This document shows positions 25,495 through 37,217 of a stretch of DNA of 38,015 nt, piece after piece. A program made the translations under genes and the position numbers. Every line of letters starts with the position of its first letter. The stretch's first letter is position 1. The DNA comes from Octopus bimaculoides. Taxonomy: Eukaryota. The stretch is taken from NCBI RefSeq assembly GCF_001194135.2, contig NC_068988.1, positions 62,307,993 to 62,346,007 on the forward strand, read 5' to 3'. The notes beneath the pieces are model-generated. The model was not told the DNA's origin, did no database searches, and was given only the letters and a program-made list of their open reading frames with translations.

Positions 25495-25690
25495 TGACTA
25501 TTGGTCGAGGGCTAGCAGTATTCTTGTAGTGTGGAATGAAATGCTTTCTGGTATAGCTGTTGGGTCGGGATTTCAAACTCGATGGAGTCAAGCCTGCCCT
25601 TAATCCCAACTGTGTTGATAAAAATTGCTTGGAAAGATTTACTCGATGACTCTTCAACCTACGTATTTGTCCCTGTGACTAAGTCAGAAG
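25495..25690 (+). mobile_element. Old, highly diverged SINE-A-like copy
   Basis: gagggctagcag ... gaaatgctttctggtat ... tttcaaactcgatggagtcaagcctgcccttaatcc ... gttgataaaa aligns loosely with the SINE-A head. Confidence 0.5.
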
Positions 25691-25878
25691 CATGTAATAT
25701 ATGAGAGAGATGGACTAACAGGATAATAAAATCGTTTGCAAGTTACCTTGCGATATTCGGTTACTCCACTGTACCTTGTTTGTGCAAAATTTGCTGCTGT
25801 ACACTTTGTACACCTTCGGCGTTTATAAAAGAACTAACGAGAAAAAAAATTTAAAAGATTATGTCGCTAACTACTACC

Positions 25879-26420
25879 GGCATCACCACCACCACCACCA
25901 CCACCATTACCAAATATCTGATCTTGTGCTGGCATACCAAACGATGCTGTTGGTGCTGATGATGATAGGGCGACGACGATGACAAGGATGATGATGAAGA
26001 TGATGAAGACGACGACGACGATGATGATGAGGATGATGATGATAATGATGATGACGATGATGGTGGTGAGGATGATGATGAGGATGATGACGATGATGAC
26101 AAATACGAGGAGGAGGACGATGACGGCATTGATAAATGTGTTGATGGTGTTTATATTGATACCTATGATGATGAGGACAAAAAAAACTATGGTTCTGCAT
26201 AATAAGACTTTTATAAATGGGGAGAGGAGTGGTGATTGAGTATGATGTTAGAATTGGTGGGAGCAAGTGATTATGGTAGTCAGGGTAATAATGATTATGA
26301 GGAAATATTGGTAATGAGGATAAAGATTACGAAAGATGATAATCAACATCACAAAGATGGAGATTACAAGGATGATGTTCCTGATAATAATGATATAATA
26401 TTATCAAGACAGCAATGAGT
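25879..26420. repeat. (CAC)n followed by a decaying (GAT/GAC)n trinucleotide low-complexity tract
   Basis: Directly visible; purity declines from left to right. Confidence 0.9.
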
Positions 26421-27364
26421 AAAATGACAATGAATATCATATTTAATTAGGAATACGTGGAAAGATGAGTATGATGTAGAGGTTTATGCAGGAGAAGTGG
26501 CTGAAGTGAAAGAGTAGGAGCTAGTCGATGTTGATGACAAAAATTAGTCTGATTATTATAACCAGCGTGATCCTAATGATGATTATATATGCTGTTACGT
26601 GGACGTGAAATCGAAATTGAGATGACGTGCTTAACTAGGGAGCTGACAAAAGTTCAGGCATTAATTAGCAGAATAGCAATTAAACGCAACGAATACTAAT
26701 TAATTATCTGCATGAATTAATGAAGTGTACTAATACAACAAACAAGAAATTTTATGCTGCAGTGGTTGGTAAATAAAATGTTCGAACCCAAGCGTCGTCG
26801 TGGTAGATTTGTTTTCACGCAAGTGAATCTGATCTTTCTTAAAAAATGACGAACATATTTAACATTCATACAATATATAACTCTTCACTGATCATGTCGT
26901 TCAATATATTCTGTTCAAAAATATTAAAAATGTAATCCATGTAGAAAGATATATTTTTCAATGCGTAAATACTGACTGGACAGCGTATATAGGATAAAAT
27001 CTTTACAGAGCAGAAAAATTTGTCAGCAACCAGCCAGATAACTTAGCTAATATTTCTAACGAAGTAAAGGAACCATGTTTTTGTCCGCTTACTTGCTCCA
27101 ACTCTATTTTCATTTGTTGTATCAGAAAGACTGGAAGTCAAAACATACGTTTTCTCTATAAAGTAATCCACATTAAACATACGAAAAATTTTTCCTGTAA
27201 CTTATTTGAGATCACAACAGAGAATGTCGAATAATCAGTAAATACATGTTTTCTGTAGATAAAAACTGATTATGTAATTAGAATTGCATTAAACTGAACT
27301 ATGAAACTTGAATCTTAATTCATATTAAAACTCTTAGTCGAACCTATTCTCTTAGTAATTTGCA

Positions 27365-27462
27365 TGAGACTGGGGTCGATGTAAACGACTTGTCACTTTC
27401 CCTCAAAATTTCAAGCCCTGTGCCTATAGTAGAAAGGATTATTATTATTGTTATAATTATTA
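27365..27462 (+). mobile_element. SINE-A 3' fragment, tail type 3 ending in (ATT)n
   Basis: actggggtcgatgtaaacgactt ... aaaatttcaagccctgtgcctatagtagaaaggattattattattg. Confidence 0.75.
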
Positions 27463-28185
27463 TAAGCTTAAAATCTGAACATGTGTGTATACACACACGC
27501 ACACACGCACACACACATATATATACACATGTATACATACACACGCACACACATGCACGCAGAATTGTGTCTTGTGAATGTTATGTAACACCTTCATGTT
27601 CATAATAATGATGTTATCTTCGCAACGATTTGACTCCTTGCCGTATGTAGCAACAGCTCTACGCTCACGTGGTCATGATTTTATTGCACGGTATGGATGG
27701 AGGTGATGATGATAATGATGTGACGACTACAACGGCAATGATCATTATTTCTTCCGTTTAAATATGCATTAAATATTAATTGCCAACAAGCTTCAGGCCG
27801 CATGTTTCGATAAGCTGATAATATACCAGTTCGCTCGAAGCGGTTTTCGTTTCTAAAATTAGGGCCACACAATGTGTGCAAGCAACATTTTCTAAGGGTG
27901 CTTTATTGTTCACTCAAACTTTTACTGATTTCAACCACTTAATTGCGGCTTAATATAAATGTGTGTTTGTGTGTGAGGGGTGTATAGAGCTATGTGTGCG
28001 AGGCGTGTGTACGCGTATATCTCCGTGCAAGTGAAATGAATACAGAATAAATTTAATGATAAACCGAAATAACAATAACGTTCTCATCGTTCATTTCAAA
28101 AATATGTGATGCTTCCATATTCGTGCGATGCAATATTCGAGGTTCCTATATCGAGCAATTGTTACTTGGTAAATTATCGTCCGTT

Positions 28186-28314
28186 GCGGCTGTGAGGTGG
28201 GATGTTTGCTTCCCAACCACATGATTCCGGGTTCATTAAATGTTTTCTACTACACCTTTGGACGGACCAAACCCTTGTGCGTGGGTTTACTAGACAGAGA
28301 GTGAAAAAAGACTG
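28186..28314 (+). mobile_element. SINE-B 5' half with internal deletion
   Basis: gtttgcttcccaaccacatgattccgggttca ... ggaccaaacccttgtgcgtggg ... tagacagagagtgaaaaaag. Confidence 0.75.
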
Positions 28315-29906
28315 TCCCCCAACTGCTTCGGACGACTGCTACAACCCAACTGCCTCTGCTGGCTGCCAGAACTCCACTGGCCAAATTCTCTGCTAATTCC
28401 TTGGCCGCCAATTTCTGTCCTCCTATTCATCACAAATACCATAGCTCATTGTGCTACTTTACCCCCCTGCCAAGATGGGTCGGTCGGTACATTCCTATCC
28501 TGCCGTTTTTTAACTTTCGCTGACCGGAAAGGGGCAGCTACGCTAAAAATAGCTGTGGTTGCCGACAAGACAAAGGAAATACCATTCTCCCCAACTGACC
28601 AGAGTACGGGTTCAAAACCCAGCCCGGGAAATAGGGATATAATGCCAACTGTATTTTCGGTCGTCGCATCACTATATATACAAATTTCGAACGAAGAAAA
28701 TAAATGCTGCATTGATGGATATAATTTTTTTATTTGTGATTTAAGTCAATCATTGGTTTCATGTTAAGAAAAGTACGAAAATATCCAAGTGTCTAAAGCA
28801 ATTTTTCTAGCCGATCACATGGAGAAAGATGGTCCCCTCCATTTCGGAAAACATATATGTGTGTGTGTGTGAGTGTGTGGGTATGTATATATGTACGTCT
28901 GCGGCATTAATGATTAAACTTCAGCTTGTGTCCCAACATAAATCGCTACCAAACACATTATACAGAATAGGGCGATTCACGCTGACATCTGCCGCTCATC
29001 TATATAAGCTGCAATGGGTAGATGTGATAGTGCGAAATCGCATGCACCAGGAACACATAAAAAAAACCCCGAACATTGACAAGGATGCCATTTACTTGTG
29101 AATGTGCTACAAAGTAACACCTATGTTAATAAAAATTAACAATGCAAATCCAGCTTTTAAAGTGTTTTCGTGGTTTGTAATCTAAGCACAAACCAGTTAA
29201 ACTGATAGACGGATACGTACTTTCTTATATCGACTGCAAATTAATAATAGGGACACTTGGTGTTGAAGTGATTTTTCTCTCGATGATCTATCAGTTCTGG
29301 TGGATTGTTTCCTTCTTTAACTTAACCATTTTGACGGGAAGTTAGCACTAGCATAGTATCGCATACTCATACACATTCGGTAGTCGAAAATCTTCAAAAT
29401 CGTTGCAAGTAATGTGGAAATTTGTCAAAAGTATAACAAATAAAGGACTTTTAACAAGTTTATACTTTGTATTATATTTGACATAACACACTAGGTTTTA
29501 TTTGGTATGGCACACTCTAAAATGAAACCCAGACGCAACTACTACGGAGCGCAAAATTACTACAAAATATATAGCGGCTTTTGAATCCAAGTGTTCACCA
29601 TCTCAAATAGTAGATTGTCCATGTTGTAATATGGCTAAATATTCGTTTATCATATACGGAGTTTATCAATAGCTTTTCCTGGTTGTATCTCAGCCCTGAT
29701 CTGGTTTTGTCAACACGACTTACAAATCTGTCCTAAGGTGTGTCTGTGTGTTGTGATGTGGTGTGGTGTGTGTGTGTGTGTGTGGGGGAATAGTTGCGAC
29801 GAAACTAAGCAGATAATTAGATGCACTGGATTACGTTATTAACACTCACGACAAAGCTGATATACATACACGCATACATACATACATACAGACAGACATA
29901 CAGACA

Positions 29907-29942
<36 letters not shown>

Positions 29943-30750
29943 CGTGTATGTGTGTAGATGTAAATATTACATATATATATGCACATAGACACACGCTCAT
30001 CGCCCACCCCCAACACACACGTACGCACACATATACACACACTTGTATACATATATATACATGCATACATATTCATTTATATGTATGAGTTTATTATATA
30101 TGCATAAATATATGTGTGTGTGTGAATATAAAAAATACATCAATGTATTTATTTATCTATATATATTCTCTTGCACATGTATTCATTGTTATATTTAAAT
30201 ATTTACAAAATGACTTAATAGAAAAATACCTAATAACTATACTTTTTTCTAAAATATTTTATATTATTTTAAAATATTCTCATGCTTTATCACATTCATG
30301 TTATATTGTTGTTTCTATTTTACTAGTTTTCTGCACGATTTCATTTAAAAACATCATGCTTATTTGTTTATTAGATATTATATGCACAAAATATCTATTC
30401 ATGTATAATTTGTGAGATAAACATAAATGACAGCGGAGTAATTAAAATATTATCAAAGAAAAATACGTAAAACATAGCTAAAAACATCAAGATAATGTAT
30501 TCGTGATCAACGAAGAAAATAGATAAATATTAAGTTATTTTAACATTATTTTTTGCAGAAAAAAACAAAAAAACTAAAAATAAAAACAAAACAAAAATTC
30601 TCTACTACATTTCATGCATTATTCTCATACTGTTAATTATTATTTTCTCAAATATGTTATTTTTTCATAACGCAAAGAAGTGTTAAACTTACACAAAAGT
30701 GCAGGCATTTACATGCGATGTATGTCTACATAATTATGCATGCGTGTGTG

Positions 30751-30787
<37 letters not shown>

Positions 30788-30936
30788 TTAAATATGCATG
30801 TCTATATGTATGTATATATGTATATATATGTGTATGCATATATATATATATACACACGCATACACACATACACACATACATACATTTATACGTATATGCT
30901 TATTTGCATACATATATGCCTACATATACATATTTA

Positions 30937-30985
30937 GTGATTCTACGACTGGCTCTTGCCGTGGAAGAGCCAGTCGTAGAATCAC
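30937..30985. repeat. Perfect 21-bp inverted repeat with a 7-nt spacer
   Basis: gtgattctacgactggctctt / gccgtgg / aagagccagtcgtagaatcac. Confidence 0.95.
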
Positions 30986-31431
30986 AAAATATCTATGTGA
31001 CGTGAATTTAAAATTACTTTAAATGTCCGTGATCGTAAAATTCATGTATTCATCAGAAGAGAACGGTTTTTGATAATGATATAGTGTACTCATTGACAAA
31101 TTTTTAAAAAATCGTTAGAAATGGCCGTAATGAATTGACATATGTCCATCAATTGTCACTTACTTATTTGCAATCCATTTATCTCAGAACATGCACTTTA
31201 CGTATTCCGAAGTATACTGTGGACTGTATATTTAATTAAAATGTAGGTATCTGAATAGGTGAAGATCGGATTGTATACACAGCTGGGTCATTTAACATTA
31301 TGCATTACCCGAATATCATTCTGCTTGTTCTTCTGTACCAAAGTTGGCATTGACCTGTACTATTGAGAGTTTATTTTATTCCAACCTCAAATTTATGTAC
31401 CTTATTCAACTGAATCTTGTTATGTATATAG

Positions 31432-31479
<48 letters not shown>

Positions 31480-31951
31480 ACACACATATATATATATATA
31501 TATNNNNNNNNNNNNNNNNNNNNNNNNNNNNNNNNNNNNNNNNNNNNNNNNNNNNNNNNNNNNNNNNNNNNNNNNNNNNNNNNNNNNNNNNNNNNNNNNN
31601 NNNNNNNNNNNNNNNNNNNNNNNNNNNNNNNNNNNNNNNNNNNNNNNNNNNNNNNNNNNNNNNNNNNNNNNNNNNNNNNNNNNNNNNNNNNNNNNNNNNN
31701 NNNNNNNNNNNNNNNNNNNNNNNNNNNNNNNNNNNNNNNNNNNNNNNNNNNNNNNNNNNNNNNNNNNNNNNNNNNNNNNNNNNNNNNNNNNNNNNNNNNN
31801 NNNNNNNNNNNNNNNNNNNNNNNNNNNNNNNNNNNNNNNNNNNNNNNNNNNNNNNNNNNNNNNNNNNNNNNNNNNNNNNNNNNNNNNNNNNNNNNNNNNN
31901 NNNNNNNNNNNNNNNNNNNNNNNNNNNNNNNNNNNNNNNNNNNNNNNNNNN

Positions 31952-32000
<49 letters not shown>

Positions 32001-33146
32001 CATATATATATATAATGTATTCCCATGTGTGTTTGCATGCACGTATGTACGTACATATGTGTTGGTAAATCAATGCGCGTATATATACATGTATATGTGC
32101 ATGAATATTCATCTAAGTTTCTTTGTGTGTTCCCGTTTATATATTGTTTTCGCGAGTAAAATGATATTGTCCACGGGAAATTTGGATAAGCAGAAATAAA
32201 TATTCCAATGCAACACAGTATCGTTAAACAAGTTGCATCCTACAGAATACTAATGGCATCTGTTAGTAATATGTTCTGCAACAAGGTAGAAAGAGAATTG
32301 TACTTTAAATCACATTGCAAGCTAACTTCAGTAATATAATCGCGATTTATCAAAACGTTCTGTATTTTGTAGAACTGGGAGAAATCTCAGAATAGCGATA
32401 GAAACATTTTCTTATTAACTTAAACTGGAGGATGCTTCTCAGCCAAATACCATGACCCTCACCGGACGTAGTGACAGGTTATAATAACGTAACCATTGAT
32501 GTTCTACTCGATCGTCTGTAATTTGACGTCTGCTGCAAAACTCATGGCTGCCGGAAAAATAACTTGAGGTTCATGGAAAGAAATAATATTTAGCAAATCG
32601 ATTAGCGTTAGACATTGGATGGACAAGATTTTCTCTCACTGTTAAGAAGATGGGAAACATCACATTTGGATCAGCGATAGTATAATTTAATTAAATATCA
32701 TTTTGCATACAAGGTAGAAGGATGATTGTGAAAGTGCCATTGCTTGAACGTTTCTTTCAATTGAAAATGCTACAGACAGAGGTTATCTGTGCAATTATTT
32801 AAGAGGAATTCCAACCATTTGCCATCAAAATCGAATCATTTATTTTTCAGAATAGTTTACTTGGTGCCTGAATAAATCTCATTGTTAGAACTGTTATTTA
32901 AATAGCTGAGACGAACAGGGGTTGACCTTGTTATCATTTGACAGTAACTATAGTCACTTCTGTTCATATATGAATAATTTGTCGAATGAATCAGGATGTC
33001 CTTAGTCTTAATTTACGTTAATTTCTGCATATAAGCTTTAGGCAGAGAATTTACCTTTTAGTTCTTATTGATATTTTCAGTGGCAATAACATTTACTGCC
33101 TCAGATATGCTGGTGCATCTCCCTGAATTGTTTATTACTTTTTTTT

Positions 33147-33280
33147 ATTTCTTAAGCCGTTACGTATACTTTCAGTTTCTTTTTTGCGGGGCGCTTAGTT
33201 TCTCGGAGGCAAAGAAGCCAGCGCAACCTGTCGCACCAGAGTGGGGGACATGCACAAAGAAACACACACAAAGATGTGTG
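33147..33280 (-). mobile_element. Diverged SINE-B 3' half
   Basis: ttattttcttaagcc ... ctttttgcggggcgcttagtt ... gggggacatgcacaaagaaacacac aligns with the reverse complement of the other SINE-B tails. Confidence 0.6.
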
Positions 33281-33560
33281 TGTGTGTATATATATATNNN
33301 NNNNNNNNNNNNNNNNNNNNNNNNNNNNNNNNNNNNNNNNNNNNNNNNNNNNNNNNNNNNNNNNNNNNNNNNNNNNNNNNNNNNNNNNNNNNNNNNNNNN
33401 NNNNNNNNNNNNNNNNNNNNNNNNNNNNNNNNNNNNNNNNNNNNNNNNNNNNNNNNNNNNNNNNNNNNNNNNNNNNNNNNNNNNNNNNNNTATATATATA
33501 TATATATATATATTTATGTATATCCTATGCATGCATGTATGTGCATGACATGCATATATG

Positions 33561-33997
33561 TCTGGCTATGTCAGCTGAGCAACTTACCTCCTTTGCCAGT
33601 CATTAAAGCAGTGTTTCAGTGGCGATTGAGTTGTCTTGACTCTTATTTCTAGCGATGCTAGTACCACTTAGAGTCCTCTGTCATGCTAGTGACGTCTATA
33701 AATTTACATTCATGTTGTTAAATTGCTAAAGAGCCACCCATATTATTTGTAATTCTCGTTGTTACTGTTTCTGAAAACAGTGTATGAGATCAACGGTTTA
33801 CTTATAAGCTGATAAGATGAGTTGAGTTTAACTATAGGCGCATGAGAATTAAGATACTCCGCATAAAATTCTAAATCGCAGGTGATCTGGCTATGTCCAC
33901 TGGGGACCTTATTTCCCTTTGTAAGTCATTGAGATAGTGCTTATGTGGCGACTGAGTTATTTTGACTCTTATTTCCAGGAATACTTGTAATACTCAG
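33561..33997 (+). repeat. Two diverged ~110-bp direct repeats (33561-33671 and 33886-33997)
   Basis: Shared blocks tctggctatgtc, agtcatt, gtggcga.tgagtt, ttgactcttatttc.ag; about 70% identity by eye. Confidence 0.85.
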
Positions 33998-34196
33998 TGA
34001 AATGACCCAGAAACCATGTCCCGCAGGTACCGTTTAGGCCTGAGTGGGGACATCAGCGCCATTGTTCGAAGTATAGGGACGCAGTTGATCGTCGGAATCC
34101 AGCTTGAAACAATGCTTTCGTGGGCTAAAAAGGTAGTAACATGGTCCTAATCACGACTGCAAATAGAATTCACTATCTCTTTCTCTTATATATATA

Positions 34197-34476
34197 GTGA
34201 GAATTCACAAAACAACAAAAGACGAAGACAGGTGATGTAGACAGCAAACAAATGTAGTAGTATAACGCTGGGGAAGTGAAAAAGTCTTTAACGTTTCGAG
34301 CCTACACTCTTCCACGGAGAGGAACACAGAAAGAAACGAAAGAAGGGAACTCAACACATTTATTGTGAGTTACATTTATGGATCAAAACACTTTGATTCC
34401 GACTCAGTGGCCGAAGACTAGCCACACGCTTGAAACTCGGAGGACCAAGGAGTCTGAAATAAACTATTTTGAATTT
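34197..34476 (-). mobile_element. Penelope-like element 3' end (probable ORF terminus plus pseudo-LTR with hammerhead relic), set between (TA)n tracts
   Basis: Weak ORF-end similarity (RVASLRPLSRN vs RLGTLxPxGxN), then a hammerhead fold ~40 nt downstream on the same strand; TA tracts at 34187-34196 and 34477-34487. Confidence 0.65.
34286..34321 (-). ncRNA. Degenerate minimal type I hammerhead (core mutated, probably inactive)
   Basis: CUCU-CCGUGGA-A-GAGU-GUAG-GCUC-GAA-ACGU-U-AAAG: 4-bp helix II, palindromic ACGU helix III, but CUGANGA is changed at U4 and A6. Confidence 0.6.
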
Positions 34477-34543
<67 letters not shown>

Positions 34544-34705
34544 NNNNNNNNNNNNNNNNNNNNNNNNNNNNNNNNNNNNNNNNNNNNNNNNNNNNNNNNN
34601 NNNNNNNNNNNNNNNNNNNNNNNNNNNNNNNNNNNNNNNNNNNNNGTGTGTGTGTGTGTGTGTGTGTGAGTGTGTGTGTGTGTGTATGTATATATGTATG
34701 TATGT

Positions 34706-34907
34706 ATGTGTTTGTCATCCCACCATCGCTTGATAACCGATGCTGGTCTGTTGACGTGTCCGTAACTTAACTGTTCAGCAAACAATATCGACACAATACG
34801 TACTAAGCTTACACAGAATAAGTCCTTGGATCGATTAGTTCGACTAAAGTTGGTGCTCCAGCGTGGTCACTGTCAACTGACTGGTACAAGTAAAAATAAA
34901 AGAAAAT
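34706..34907 (+). mobile_element. SINE-B 3' half
   Basis: tgtttgtcatcccaccatcgcttgataaccgatgctgg ... agaataagtccttggatcgattagttcgactaaag ... ggtgctccagc ... acaagtaaaa. Confidence 0.85.
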
Positions 34908-34934
34908 ATATATACGTGTGTGTATATGTGTATA

Positions 34935-35028
<94 letters not shown>

Positions 35029-35060
35029 GAAAGATGAGAGAGAGAGAGAAAGAAAGAGAG
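34908..35060. repeat. (TA)n/(TG)n/(GA)n compound microsatellite
   Basis: Directly visible. Confidence 0.9.
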
Positions 35061-36344
35061 AAGTGACGAAGGAAAGATATAGGGAGCTGAAAGGGAAGAA
35101 AAATTAATATATTTGCACAATATGTATTGAGAAACAGGGTGGTATTGAGTAGAGAATGGTTAGGCATATTTAGAATTGCAGAAAACTTGAAGAAGACGAA
35201 GCAAAAGATGACGAGCAAAAAATATATACGATAAATGCTGTATACAAGAAAAAAGTGATATATTCACAAGAAGTATTAAATTGCCAAGTGAAACAGCATA
35301 CTCATATGCATCGATAAAGCACATAAAAATGTTGAAATGTTGACAGGAGCGAAATAAAATATTCACGTGGCATTGCACACAATACCAAGATGCGTTTTCG
35401 TATTTCAATTTTATATTCCTGATTTTACCCTAAGACGAGTTATCTCTATATTACATACATGCAGTTATATCAAAACGCTAAGATGTATACTTTGACCTAA
35501 TTTAGTCTGTAGAACTCACAGTTTTGTCCTGAAACTAAAGCTAACGTAAGGTCAGGTACAAAGAAAATTTGATAACCATATCAAGTTTCAACATAAAACA
35601 CTCACATTCCTTTTCGCTAAGAACATAGTGAAATGAAGAAATAAGCTAGCCACACATAAATACATTCATTTCGCTTCAGACCACGCAATTGGAAAACGCC
35701 TGGATGAAGGTGTACAGTAGAATATTACGGGTTGCATATGAAACTGCACATTCTCTACGCAGCAGAAACACGTGTCGACCATTTTAGCCAATTATACTTT
35801 TTAATTAACTGCTGAAATTAAAAGGAACATCAAAGATGTACTAGTCTACGTATTCTGTTGTTTTGGATTCACACTCCCGAATATAATCATAACGCAGGAA
35901 GCGAACCCGGATTTAACAATGAAAAGTATTACCGTGGGATTTCTCACCCTAAGCAATGCTTGGTGCTTCTCACCACTCGATGCTGTTAACCGAAATCTGA
36001 ACTATACCTGAGAGCGTTTAGAGGACGCGCCTGGATAATATACCGCTATATATATATATATATATATATAAATATAACCTATGGTATAATTATAAACAGG
36101 GCAAATTTTAGCCGTTTTTCCGTAGACTGAAAAAAATTATCAACATTAATCGATTTTCGAACCTTATTGGATTCTCATCATAGGCGTCTACATCATTCTG
36201 ACAGCCTCCAGTGAAACAAGTTTATATACTCGACAAATGCAGATGTTACTTTATGATGGAGTACCTAATTTGCATACCGAAAGTGTTTAACACTATAAAT
36301 ACCAATGGCCTGTCAAGGAGGATCTTAGTCCACAATTTGCAATT

Positions 36345-36433
36345 GTCTAAATTATCGGTCCCGAAAGGCTGAAAGGCAAAGTCGACCTGGGCGGAATTTG
36401 AACTCAGATCGTAAGAATAGACGAAATGCTGCC
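36345..36433 (-). mobile_element. SINE-A internal fragment
   Basis: ccgaaaggctgaaaggcaaagtcgacctgggcggaatttgaactcaga ... agacgaaat. Confidence 0.85.
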
Positions 36434-37122
36434 TTATGGTTTTTAAAATTTTTAACGGTATGGAAAATAAGTACACCATAAGTATATTTTTCTGCATGCC
36501 ATGATTCAATACTAGAAATTTCAACCATTTGTGAATTTCTAAAACGCACACCGCGTTAAATATTTAGATTGATTCATTTTGTACATATGGTTTTTTTACG
36601 TTATTTACAATTTGTATGCTACACTAAACATCAGTATATTTTGATCTTAGCCAATAAAATCGATAATCGACCTTTTATATATGTAATTTGAAAGGATTTT
36701 AGCAAAATAAAACTTGTAATGAAATCTGAATAAAAATGGATGTATATTATGGATGGATAACTCACAAATTTATTTCGCAAAAGCATGGACTTGGCTTCGA
36801 GACTAGAGTCCGTGCGATTTCGGCTATATGACTTTTCTCATACACACAGATCTTGAACCGACTGGCGGTGAATAAATATGAGTTTTCCAATGGTCTATAA
36901 CTCATTGTAGTCTGTACATTTTAATGTCCAGTCATGGTCTTGCGTACTTTTAATTGGGCGGCAGATTCGCTTATTTTAGATACATTCTGCACATGTCTAC
37001 GGCCAGATTATATCAATACATTCTCTCTAATACCCCACTAATAATTGGAATATTGCCAAGAGGTCATGCGCACTGCTCTACCTCTGTTTGTTAAAATAAA
37101 GTGAAAAATACCCAAGTGGAGG

Positions 37123-37140
37123 ATGTGTATGTGTGTGTGT

Positions 37141-37201
<61 letters not shown>

Positions 37202-37217
37202 TGTGTGTGTGTGTGTG
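37123..37217. repeat. (TG)n microsatellite
   Basis: Directly visible. Confidence 0.95.

Noticed and set aside
25969-26203. Asp-rich frame reminiscent of acidic biomineralisation proteins (also poly-Ser/His/Met ORFs)
   Set aside because: An in-frame TAG lies immediately upstream, there is no start or signal peptide, and the pattern is explained by a decaying (GAT)n repeat.
26757-26795. A-box/B-box-like words (gcagtggt ... gttcgaaccc)
   Set aside because: The spacing is too short and there is no cloverleaf; not a tRNA.
35680-35745. TTQLEKRLD/VYSRILRVA, similar to an RTE-type RT C-terminal motif
   Set aside because: Only about 20 codons with two frameshifts; suggestive but insufficient.
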